Below, piece after piece: positions 42,568 through 56,630 of a stretch of 64,000 bases of DNA. This stretch comes from Deinococcus sp. (GTDB lineage: Bacteria > Deinococcota > Deinococci > Deinococcales > Deinococcaceae). Location of the stretch: positions 14,142-78,141 of the forward strand of contig NZ_JAGLBB010000004.1 in the NCBI RefSeq assembly GCF_018260555.1, written 5' to 3'. The position numbers were made by a program, and so were the translations under genes. The notes beneath the pieces were generated by a model. The model saw only the letters and a list, made by a program, of their open reading frames with translations. It did not search any database and was not told where the DNA came from. Positions within the stretch are counted from its first letter, which is position 1. Every line of letters begins with the position of its first letter.

Positions 42568-43107
42568 TCAGCGGGCGAAGTCGTGAATGAACCTTTCCTG
42601 CTCGGGTGTTTCGATGGCGTTTGGGCTGCGGGTCTCCCGGACGAGGGCGATGGCGTCGTCGGCGTTCAGGCCCGCCTGCACGAGCAGGCACGCGGCGCTC
42701 AGGCCCGCGCGGCCCAGGCCGCCCCGGCAGTGCACGACGACGCTGCGGCCGTTCAGGAGGTAGGTCATCAGTTCGTCGATGTACGCGGCGAAGTCGTGCG
42801 GGTCGTGCGGAGCGTGAGCGTCCGGTATGGGGTACGGCGCGACTTCCAGTCCGAAGGTGGTCGCGGCGTCGTGGTAGTCCTCCAGGCCCAGCATGGGGAA
42901 CTCGTGGTCTTCGAGCAGGGGCGCGATGACGTTCGCGCCGTCCTGTGCCAGGGTGCGCATGTCCTCGGTCAGGTCTCGGTCGTGCGTGACGCCCGGCTGG
43001 TACACGCTGCCGCCCTTCTTGCCCGGCGCGAAGGTCAGGCCCAGGCGGCCGGGCCACAGGCCGGTGGGAATCCAGTCCACGCGGATGGGGTTGGCGGCGC
43101 TGGTCAC
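42568..43107 (-). CDS. Cys-based protein phosphatase (dual-specificity/CDKN3-like fold)
   Basis: 179 aa with the HCX5R active site [15 protein letters not shown] start overlaps the hemB stop as GTGA. Confidence 0.7.
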   Translation of the reverse strand: MTSAANPIRVDWIPTGLWPGRLGLTFAPGKKGGSVYQPGVTHDRDLTEDMRTLAQDGANVIAPLLEDHEFPMLGLEDYHDAATTFGLEVAPYPIPDAHAPHDPHDFAAYIDELMTYLLNGRSVVVHCRGGLGRAGLSAACLLVQAGLNADDAIALVRETRSPNAIETPEQERFIHDFAR

Positions 43108-44108
43108 TGGCGGGCGTCCTCGGCGATCCAGCGGGCGGCGTCCAGGGCGTGGTACGTGATGATGGCGTCCGCTCCGGCGCGCCTGAAACCGGTCAGGGTT
43201 TCCAGGACGGTGCGGCGTTCATCCATGAATCCGGCGGCGGCGGCCGCCTTGATCAGCGAGTACTCGCCGCTGACGTTGTACGCCACCACCGGCAGGTCGA
43301 ACTCGCGTTTCAGGAGGCTCAGGACGTCCAGGTACGCCAGGGCGGGTTTGACCATCAGGGTGTCGGCGCCCTGCTCGGCGTCCAGGCGGGCCTCGCGCAG
43401 CGCCTCGCGGTAGCCTCCGGCGGGGTCCATCTGGTACGTGGCGCGGTTCCCGACGCTGGGCGCGGACCCGGCGGCGTCACGGAAGGGGCCGTAGTAGGCG
43501 CTGGCGTACTTCACGGCGTAACTCATGATCGGGGTATGCGCGAAACCCGCCCCGTCCAGCGCGGCGCGGATGGCGGCGACCTGTCCGTCCATCATGGCGC
43601 TGGGGGCCACGACGTCCGCCCCGGCGCGGGCCTGCGAGACGGCCGTGCGGGCCAGCAACTCCAGGCTGGGGTCGTTATCGACCGTCCAGGCGTCCGGTCC
43701 GCTCTGGCCGGGCACCTCGCACAGCGGGCCGCAGTGGCCGTGGTCGGTGTACTCGCACAGGCAGGTGTCGGTGATGACGCTGATGCCCGGCACCGCCGCC
43801 TTGATGGCACGCGTGGCCCGCTGGATGATGCCGTCTTCTGCGTAGGCCTGGGTGCCCAGGGCGTCCTTGTGGTCAGGAATGCCGAACAGAATCACGCTGG
43901 GAATGCCGAGACTCAGGGCCTCGCGGGCCTGCGCCACAGCACTTTCGATACTGTGGCGCCTCACGCCGGGCATGGTGGCGATGTCGGTGACGGTGTCGCG
44001 CTCATGCACGAAGACCGGGTGGATGAACTGCTCTGGGTGCAGGTGCACTTCGCGGGTCAGGGCGCGCAGGGCGGGCGTGCGGCGCAGGCGGCGGGGACGG
44101 TCTTGCAT
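43104..44108 (-). CDS. hemB: Porphobilinogen synthase (delta-aminolevulinic acid dehydratase)
   Basis: 334 aa with RPRRLR, the Cys-rich [15 protein letters not shown] zinc site and VKPALAYLD. Confidence 0.95.
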   Translation of the reverse strand: MQDRPRRLRRTPALRALTREVHLHPEQFIHPVFVHERDTVTDIATMPGVRRHSIESAVAQAREALSLGIPSVILFGIPDHKDALGTQAYAEDGIIQRATRAIKAAVPGISVITDTCLCEYTDHGHCGPLCEVPGQSGPDAWTVDNDPSLELLARTAVSQARAGADVVAPSAMMDGQVAAIRAALDGAGFAHTPIMSYAVKYASAYYGPFRDAAGSAPSVGNRATYQMDPAGGYREALREARLDAEQGADTLMVKPALAYLDVLSLLKREFDLPVVAYNVSGEYSLIKAAAAAGFMDERRTVLETLTGFRRAGADAIITYHALDAARWIAEDARQ

Positions 44109-44169
44109 GCGCTTACGCTAGCGCGCCCATGCCGGGACGAATGCAACGCGTCCCGGCACCCCAGGTGGG

Positions 44170-44288
44170 GACGGAGGCGCGGGCAGAGGACCTCTCGACC
44201 CGAGCAGCAGGAGGGCAGGTTCTGGGCGTCGAAATGGCACCCCGGTGGTGTTCTGGGTTGTCAACCAAACAGACTGCCATCTGTTTGA
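44170..44288 (-). repeat. Degenerate family B repeat copy, reverse orientation
   Basis: The reverse complement aligns with the family B 5' two-thirds (GGTTGACAACCCAGAACACCACCGGGGTGCC...). The far end is eroded. Confidence 0.5.
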
Positions 44289-44485
44289 GGCGGCTGGGGT
44301 GCCCACTGCGGGCTCGGCCGGGGATGCAGGAGCGGTGGTAGAGCGCGCCTGCCGTGGCAGGTGGAGTCCAGGGGGTTACGGAGAACTGATTTTGCTGGTG
44401 CTGGGCGGGTTCCGGTGCTGGTGGGAGTCGCGGTGTCGGGGGCTGTTTTCGGGTACAATGGGGACCATAGAAGGCGTCGGTTCTA

Positions 44486-44502
44486 TTACGCTTAAAACAT
44501 AA
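44486..44502 (+). promoter_or_regulatory. RDRM-like 17-bp palindrome (candidate DdrO operator) overlapping the gyrA promoter
   Basis: TTACGCTTAAAACATAA against the palindromic TTATGT-N5-ACATAA. The right half is perfect and the left half matches 4/6. TAGAAT -10 lies at 44509-44514. Confidence 0.5.
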
Positions 44503-44604
44503 TCGTGCTAGAATTGATCCACTCCCGGCCCCCGCGCCGGGCATCCTCATCCCACCTCTGCGGCGCGGCTCCGGCCACGCCCGGACCTGCGCCACTGGAG
44601 CAAC

Positions 44605-47040
<2,436 letters not shown>

Positions 47041-47332
47041 TCCGCTGAGGCGGGCTGCGGGTGGGCGGTGGGGTGAGGGCCTCGCCGCCCACGCCTGTTC
47101 CAGCCGGACCGAGCGAACCGTGGATAGCGTTGGCCCGTCCCCGCGAAGAACGGGTAGCTCTGGGCCTCCGCTTGCCTGACGCGCCGTTAAAGAGCGCACC
47201 CCGGCGGTGAGCGGCCGGTGAGCCGTGGCGGGGCCAGGAACGGGCCGAAGGCGCTGTCCTGCCGGGCATTGACGGGAACAGCGATAGAGCGATTGATCTG
47301 TAACCTCAACGCTGATTAAAGAAACAAAAGTG

Positions 47333-47361
47333 TTTACAAAAAAGTGAGACTGGGTTACACT
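47333..47361 (+). promoter_or_regulatory. Candidate promoter of the Crp/Fnr-family gene, in an AT-rich patch
   Basis: TTTACA, a 17-nt spacer, then TACACT. It lies about 170 nt upstream of the ATG, and a repeat element occupies the intervening leader. Confidence 0.45.
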
Positions 47362-47406
47362 GTGAGCAGGTCGGGAATAAGCCCCCGGCACTCCATTTCC
47401 CCCTTC

Positions 47407-47509
47407 TCATACGGACTGACGCTCCATTCCGCCCAATCCGTATGTTGTTCCTACTCGCAACCGCTCGGATTGATTCTGAACTGCACCGAATCAATCGGAG
47501 GCCGTATCC
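47407..47509 (-). repeat. Family A repeat copy, short variant with an internal deletion, reverse orientation
   Basis: The reverse complement reads GATACGGCCTCCGATTGATTCGGTGCAGTTCAGAATCAATCCGAGCGGTTGCGAGTAGGAA...GTCAGTCCGTATGA. Confidence 0.75.
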
Positions 47510-47532
47510 CACCGCCCAAGGAGGCGCACACA

Positions 47533-48141
47533 ATGACCCTTAGCACCAACACCCGAACCTACGTGGATACTGTCACCTACCGCCCCGGCGCCGTCATCCT
47601 CTACCCCGGCAAGAGCGACATGCTCTACCGCGTCTCGACCGGTCTGGTGCGCGTGCACACCATGGACGACGACGGTAACGGCCTGACCCTGCGTTACGTG
47701 AAACCCGGCGAGTACTTTGGCGAGGAAGCCCTGGCCGGCGTGAACCGCGCCTACTTTGCCGAAGCCGTCACGGACTCCAGCATCGACGTGATCAACCCCG
47801 CCCTGATGAGCGCCGAGGACAACCTCGTGGTGACCACCCACCTGGTCCGCACGCTGGAACGCGCCTACGAGAGCATCTTCCGCCTGGTCGGCAAGAGACT
47901 GCGCGCCCGCATCGCCGGGGAACTGCTGGAACTCAAGGACACCGCCCTGGCGACCCAGCTCGACAGCGGTGAAACCATGATCTACGCCACGCACGACGAA
48001 CTGGCCGCCGCCGTCGGCAGCGTGCGCGAGACCGTCACGAAGGTCGTGGGCGAACTGTCCCGCGAGGGTGTCATCAGCGCCGGGTACGGCAAGATCACCC
48101 TGAAGAACGAAGAAGCCCTGAGCGTCATCGCCGCCGCCTGA
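47533..48141 (+). CDS. Crp/Fnr family transcriptional regulator (possibly the DdrI-type Crp of Deinococcus)
   Basis: Start trimmed to ATG at 47533, after the SD AAGGAGG. cNMP-binding-like N-terminal domain and the C-terminal HTH RETVTKVVGELSREGVI. Confidence 0.85.
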   Translation: MTLSTNTRTYVDTVTYRPGAVILYPGKSDMLYRVSTGLVRVHTMDDDGNGLTLRYVKPGEYFGEEALAGVNRAYFAEAVTDSSIDVINPALMSAEDNLVVTTHLVRTLERAYESIFRLVGKRLRARIAGELLELKDTALATQLDSGETMIYATHDELAAAVGSVRETVTKVVGELSREGVISAGYGKITLKNEEALSVIAAA

Positions 48142-48169
48142 TCTACACCAAGCGACCCCGTGTTCAGCA

Positions 48170-48209
48170 GGCGCTGCCCGGTCCTCACGACGGGCAGCGC
48201 CCCGTTTTT
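48170..48209 (+). terminator. Intrinsic terminator after the crp-like gene
   Basis: GGCGCTGCCCG-gtcctcacga-CGGGCAGCGCC followed by CCGTTTTT. Confidence 0.75.
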
Positions 48210-48325
48210 GCTGCGCCGGGCACCACGCGCCGCGCACTGTCTGCGCCCGCGTGACACGTTCCGGAGTGGACAGCGGGCAGCGTTTGCCATTCCCCCTTAA
48301 GGGGTTGACCTTTAGACTCGACCAC

Positions 48326-49684
48326 ATGACCCTGACAATCACCCCCGACCGACCCCTGCGCGTCGCCGTGATCGGCAGCGGCCCCAGCGGCATCTTCTCC
48401 GCTGAAGCCCTGCTGAAAAGCGACCTGAACGTTGAGATCGACGTGTTCGACCGCCTGCCCACCCCCTACGGACTGGTGCGTTACGGCGTGGCGCCCGACC
48501 ACCTGACCATCAAGAGTGTCACGCGCGGCTTCGAGAAGACCCTCGGCGACCCGCGTGTGCGCTTCCTGGGCAACGTATCCTTCGGCACGGACCTGACGCA
48601 CGAGGACGCCGTGTCCCATTACGACGCAGTCCTGTACACGGTGGGGGCCAGCAGTGACCGCCACCTGGGGATTCCCGGCGAAGATCTGAACGGTTCCATG
48701 AGCGCCACCGAGTTCGTCGCCTGGTACAACGGTCACCCGGACGCCGCCGCCCGCGAGATGATCCTGAGCGCCCGTGGTGTCGCCGTGGTCGGCGTGGGGA
48801 ACGTGGCCCTGGACGTGAGCCGCATCCTGGCCAAGACGACCGGGGAACTGCGCAGCAGCGACATCGCCCCCCACGCCCTGGACGCCCTGGAGCACAGCGC
48901 CGTGAAGGACGTGTGGATCCTGGGTCGGCGCGGCCCGGCGCAGGCGGCCTTCACGACCAAGGAACTGCGTGAATTCGGCGAGCTGCACGAGTCCGAACCT
49001 GTCGTGGACGCTGCCGAGGTCGCCCTGACCGACGCCGAGGAAGCGGCCGTGACCGACAACGTGAAGAAGAAGAACATCGAGGTCTTGCGTGACTTCGCCG
49101 CCCGCACCCCGCAGGGCAAATCCCGCCGCGTGCACCTGCGCTTCCTGGTGTCCCCCACCGAGATCATCGACGACGGCACCGGGCATGTGGGCGGCCTGAA
49201 AGTGGAACGCAACCGCCTGGACGAGAACGGAAACGCCGTGGGAACCGGCGAGTACGAGGTGCTGCCCGTGCAGATGGTGCTGCGCTCGGTCGGGTACCGG
49301 GGCGTGGCGCTGCCCGGCGTGCCCTTCGATGAGCGGCGCGGCGTGATCCCCAACGAGGAAGGCCGCGTCCAGGGCCGCGTGGGCGAGTACACCGCCGGGT
49401 GGATCAAGCGCGGCCCGAGCGGCGTGGTCGGCACCAACCGCAAGGACGCCACCGACACCGTCGCGCACCTGCTGGCCGATGTCAGCGGCGGCTTCCTGCC
49501 CGGCGCGGCCCACCCCACCCGCGCGGCCGTGGACGCCCTGCTGGCCGCTCGGGGCGTGCAGGTGTACTCGTTTGCGGACTGGCAGACCCTGGACGCGCAC
49601 GAACTGGCGACCGGTCAGGCCGAGGGCCGCCCCCGCCGCAAGATCGTACACCGCGAGATGATGCTCGGCCACCGCCAGAGCTGA
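48326..49684 (+). CDS. FprA/adrenodoxin-reductase-type NADPH:ferredoxin oxidoreductase
   Basis: Start trimmed to ATG at 48326. VAVIGSGPSGIFSA, LPTPYGLVRYGVAPDH and a second GVGNVALD dinucleotide motif. Confidence 0.8.
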   Translation: MTLTITPDRPLRVAVIGSGPSGIFSAEALLKSDLNVEIDVFDRLPTPYGLVRYGVAPDHLTIKSVTRGFEKTLGDPRVRFLGNVSFGTDLTHEDAVSHYDAVLYTVGASSDRHLGIPGEDLNGSMSATEFVAWYNGHPDAAAREMILSARGVAVVGVGNVALDVSRILAKTTGELRSSDIAPHALDALEHSAVKDVWILGRRGPAQAAFTTKELREFGELHESEPVVDAAEVALTDAEEAAVTDNVKKKNIEVLRDFAARTPQGKSRRVHLRFLVSPTEIIDDGTGHVGGLKVERNRLDENGNAVGTGEYEVLPVQMVLRSVGYRGVALPGVPFDERRGVIPNEEGRVQGRVGEYTAGWIKRGPSGVVGTNRKDATDTVAHLLADVSGGFLPGAAHPTRAAVDALLAARGVQVYSFADWQTLDAHELATGQAEGRPRRKIVHREMMLGHRQS

Positions 49685-49821
49685 CCTGCACAGGGCAGGA
49701 CTGAACGCTGCGCCCGCAGCTTCACACGAACGCTCCTGCACTCAGACGGATTCCGATTGATACTGTTCCCGTGTGGGCGGGGCCGCCACGGTTACGCGGC
49801 CGCGTCTGGCATACTCGCCGC

Positions 49822-50856
49822 ATGAGCGTCCCCTCCCCCGCCTTTTCCCCTGAGCGTGACGCGGCCGTCCCGGGTGACGTGCCGGGCGACGTGCTGATCG
49901 TCGGTGCCGGGCCTGCCGGACTACACGCCGCCTTCTACGCCGCGTGGCGCGGCCTGAGCGTGAGCCTGCTGGACGCCCGGCATGAACCCGGCGGGCAACT
50001 GACCGCCCTGTACCCAGACCGACGGGTGTACGACGTGCCGGGCCTGCCCGCAGCGCCCGCCGCTGACGTGATCGCCGGACTGGTCCGGCAACTCGGCGGC
50101 CTGGACGTGCAGTGGCACCTGCGGACCGTGGCCCGTACCCTGGAACCGGACGGTGAGGGCTGGCGCGTCGGGGCGACCACCCCGGACGGACCACGGACCT
50201 TCCGGGCGGGGGCCGTGATCCTGGCGGCCGGTCTGGGCGCGCTGCTGCCCCGCGAGGCCCGCGTGCCCGGCACCGACACCCACCCGGACGTGCGGACGGA
50301 CGTACCGGAGGCGGCGGAACTGGCGGGTCGCCGTGTGCTGGTCGTGGGCGGCGTGCCGCAGGCCACCCGCACCGCGCTGGAACTCGTGCGGGTGGGGGCG
50401 CAGGTGACGCTGACGCACGGGCGCGCCGGATTCCGGGGCAGTCCCGCCGACCTGCGCGCCCTGGAGGACGCGGCCAGCGGCGGACAACTGAAGCTGCTGG
50501 CCCCCGCTGCCCTGAGCACCCTGAGCCTGACCGGGGCCTCCCTGACCGTGGACGGAAAGCCCCACGAGGTGAAGGCCGACACGGTCCTGATCCTGAACGG
50601 TTACCTGCCGGATCTGACCCCGGTGCAGGGCTGGCCGCTGGACTGGCAGGGCGACTACGTACCGGATGGGCCGGGCGGCCGGACGGCGCTGCGCGGCGTG
50701 TTCGTGGCCGGCGACGTGGCCGCGTCCGGGCAGGAGTTCAAGCTGATCTCGGTGGCCCTGGCGCAGGCGGCCGTGGCGGCCAATCACGCGGCGCAGCACG
50801 TTCGCCCTGACCTGAAGGTCCGGCCCGGTCACTCCAGCGAAAAACGCCTCAGCTGA
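49822..50856 (+). CDS. Thioredoxin-reductase-like ferredoxin-NADP+ reductase (NAD(P)/FAD-dependent oxidoreductase)
   Basis: Start trimmed to ATG at 49822. VLIVGAGPAGLHAAFYA, GGQLTALYPDRRVYDVPG and a C-terminal GDVA motif. Confidence 0.8.
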   Translation: MSVPSPAFSPERDAAVPGDVPGDVLIVGAGPAGLHAAFYAAWRGLSVSLLDARHEPGGQLTALYPDRRVYDVPGLPAAPAADVIAGLVRQLGGLDVQWHLRTVARTLEPDGEGWRVGATTPDGPRTFRAGAVILAAGLGALLPREARVPGTDTHPDVRTDVPEAAELAGRRVLVVGGVPQATRTALELVRVGAQVTLTHGRAGFRGSPADLRALEDAASGGQLKLLAPAALSTLSLTGASLTVDGKPHEVKADTVLILNGYLPDLTPVQGWPLDWQGDYVPDGPGGRTALRGVFVAGDVAASGQEFKLISVALAQAAVAANHAAQHVRPDLKVRPGHSSEKRLS

Positions 50857-51661
50857 TCAGGCCCGTGTGCGGGCGCGGCGTCAGTCCCTGCGCCCGCACC
50901 AGTGTCCGCACCTCTTGGCAGCGGCAGCCACGGTAGGTGCATAGCAGCGCCTCCGGGTCACGGTTCAGCAGACGCACGGTGGCGTCCACCAGGTCCCGCA
51001 CGCGGTACAGGCGCAGCGTGGACTGGCCGACCTGCGTGCTCCGCAGGCCCATGTGCACCTCGGGGGCCAGGTGATCAAAGTCCGCCGAGCAGTTCGGGAA
51101 GGCGGTGGGCAGCACCTGACCGTCCAGCGGCACGTACCGCGTCAGCAACGGCATGCCCGCGAGGTGCTCGCCGTAATGCACGCTGGTGTTACTTCCGAAA
51201 TCCACGCCCATCAGCAGCGCGTACCCGTTCAGGTCGTAGAGCGCCCCGACGGGCTGGTACGGGCTGCTCAGCGACTGCGCCTCGGTGATGCGGGCCGCCT
51301 CTCTGCCCAGCGCGATGAAGCTCAGGGTCGGGTGAAAGGATCGCAGGGCGCCTGCGCGGTCCACGATCTCCTGCGAGACCCGCCCGATATCGCGGCTGAC
51401 CCGGCTGTCCCGGTGAAAGCGGGCGTGCGTGGTCGAGGTCGGCCGGGACAGCAGCGTCGTGTACGTGAAGGCCGGGGCCACCACCGTCGCCGTCCGCGCG
51501 GCCAGGGCGTCCACGATGGTCCGGGACCCGCCGTCCAGCGTTCCGAAGGACTTCAGGCTCGCGTGCACGATCACGTGCTGCGACCCGTCCAGTCCCAGCG
51601 CGCCCAGCCCCTCATCCAGTTCGGCGGGGGTGACAACGGAGCGGCGAAGCAGATTCAGCAC
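50849..51661 (-). CDS. AAC(3)-family aminoglycoside N-acetyltransferase-like protein
   Basis: 270 aa with VHASLKSFG, FHPTLSFIALG and NTSVHYGEH motifs. The 3' end overlaps the convergent oxidoreductase gene by 8 nt. Confidence 0.75.
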   Translation of the reverse strand: MLNLLRRSVVTPAELDEGLGALGLDGSQHVIVHASLKSFGTLDGGSRTIVDALAARTATVVAPAFTYTTLLSRPTSTTHARFHRDSRVSRDIGRVSQEIVDRAGALRSFHPTLSFIALGREAARITEAQSLSSPYQPVGALYDLNGYALLMGVDFGSNTSVHYGEHLAGMPLLTRYVPLDGQVLPTAFPNCSADFDHLAPEVHMGLRSTQVGQSTLRLYRVRDLVDATVRLLNRDPEALLCTYRGCRCQEVRTLVRAQGLTPRPHTGLIS

Positions 51662-51873
51662 GCCCTCAGTTTACTCCGCTCCGCGCAGCAGGACTGAAAC
51701 GTGAGCTGGCCAGCCACAGAGTCCAGCCACAGAGCCCAGGCAGAGAGAAGTGACCCGCCTGCTGCGGGGCAGGTCGGGTCACGGGCGTCGGGGGTTGGCT
51801 GTGCCGGTCATGGTGTGGGCTGCGGGTGGGCAGTTGATCCAGTCAATACGGCCCGCCCTGCACCCCGCTTTCC

Positions 51874-54030
<2,157 letters not shown>

Positions 54031-54590
54031 GTCGCTCCCTGTGGTGGGCCACGCCGTTGGCTGCGCGGTGTGATGGGCTGCGGACTGCTCCGCGCCGGAC
54101 GGTGGCTCACGTACTGCCCGCGAGTATAGGGGGGTGCACCGGCAGGGTCAACGCAGTGTTCTGAACAAGATGACCAACTTCTGGCAGTCTTCTAGACCAG
54201 AGGTCCCTGGCCTTGCAGCTTGTCACCAGCCAAATGTACAAAACTGCCGATTGTACGGGACACTCTGCATAGGCCATGCGGCGCGGCGTGACGGGACCGT
54301 CCGGGGAACGACCGACTGGTCCGGGCCGCACACGCAGGCCCGGCTGACTGGGCAGCCGCTAAGGTCGTACCATTTCAACATGCCCGGGTGGTGCGCTACG
54401 GTCTGGACCCGGCTGCGGTTTGCCCGCTCAGGCCGGGTTCTGTCTTCGGGTTCTGCCCTCTCCCGACTCACGGGCCGGACCTCACCTCTGTCCTCCCGGC
54501 TTCTTCTGCCATCACGCTGTGTGCTCCGGGGCCCTGAGCCGCTTGACCCCCGCCTGGACGCCACTCCTCCTGAATCCTGCTGTCCTTATC

Positions 54591-54646
54591 TCACTTCACC
54601 TGGTTCACTTCACCTGGCTCACTTCACCTGGCTCACTTCATCTGTG
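54591..54646. repeat. Tandem array, 4 x 14 bp (TCACTTCACCTGGC), the last unit degenerate
   Basis: Units start at 54591, 54605, 54619 and 54633. The array ends 14 nt before the glnA SD GGAGG (54661-54665). Confidence 0.8.
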
Positions 54647-54675
54647 CGTTTCTCGTTCCGGAGGTTCCTTTCACC

Positions 54676-56088
<1,413 letters not shown>

Positions 56089-56196
56089 GCGCCCCGGCCG
56101 CCTGAAGCTGGAGTACCGGGAAAGGCGGCCTGCGCGTTACCTACCCGGTCCTCATAGGTCTATCCATAGGCTTATTGGTGACGGGCCAGGACAGGA

Positions 56197-56331
56197 TCAT
56201 CCAGATTTCGTATGTTGTGCCATCCACCCGCCAAAACGCGGGGTTGCCAGCTTCAGGTCTGGAGTTCTCTTTTGCCCTCTCTGCTCCGGTCAATCGCTGC
56301 CACCACCCCTCCAACCGGAGTCGGATTTTCA
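56197..56331 (+). repeat. Diverged family B repeat copy
   Basis: TCATCCAGATTTCGTATGTTGTGCC...CCAACCGGAGTCGGATTTTCA is collinear with the copy at 2902-3043, with many substitutions. Confidence 0.5.
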
Positions 56332-56538
56332 GCCGGAAACCGCTCCCTACCGAGGGGTGTCAAGCGCTTGCATGGGTCAGACCGGTCTTGCGTTTCATTT
56401 CATCAGAATGCTTCGGTCATTTCGGACAGCCACCAGCCGCGCAATTGGATTGCTCATTGACGGCGTCGGTTAGCAATTATTGCCTGTGAATGTTTTCGTC
56501 TCGCTTTGATCGTTTCACCGAGTTTCATGAGACAGGCA

Positions 56539-56567
56539 TTGACAGGACCTTAAGCGCTTCATAGAAT
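56539..56567 (+). promoter_or_regulatory. Sigma-70-type promoter for the branched-chain amino acid transporter operon
   Basis: TTGACA, a 17-nt spacer, then TAGAAT, about 64 nt upstream of the ATG at 56631. Confidence 0.55.
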
Positions 56568-56630
56568 CGGAGGTATCACCACACAGCACCGGGGCACCAG
56601 CCCCAACGTGCACCCATACCTGGAGGACCC

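Noticed and set aside
47093-47332. Possible small RNA in the 240-nt gap between the gyrA hairpin and the crp-like promoter
   Set aside because: Only a weak promoter-like match (TTGACG-17-ATTGAT) and no clear terminator or conserved structure I could verify by eye. The evidence is insufficient without expression or covariation data.
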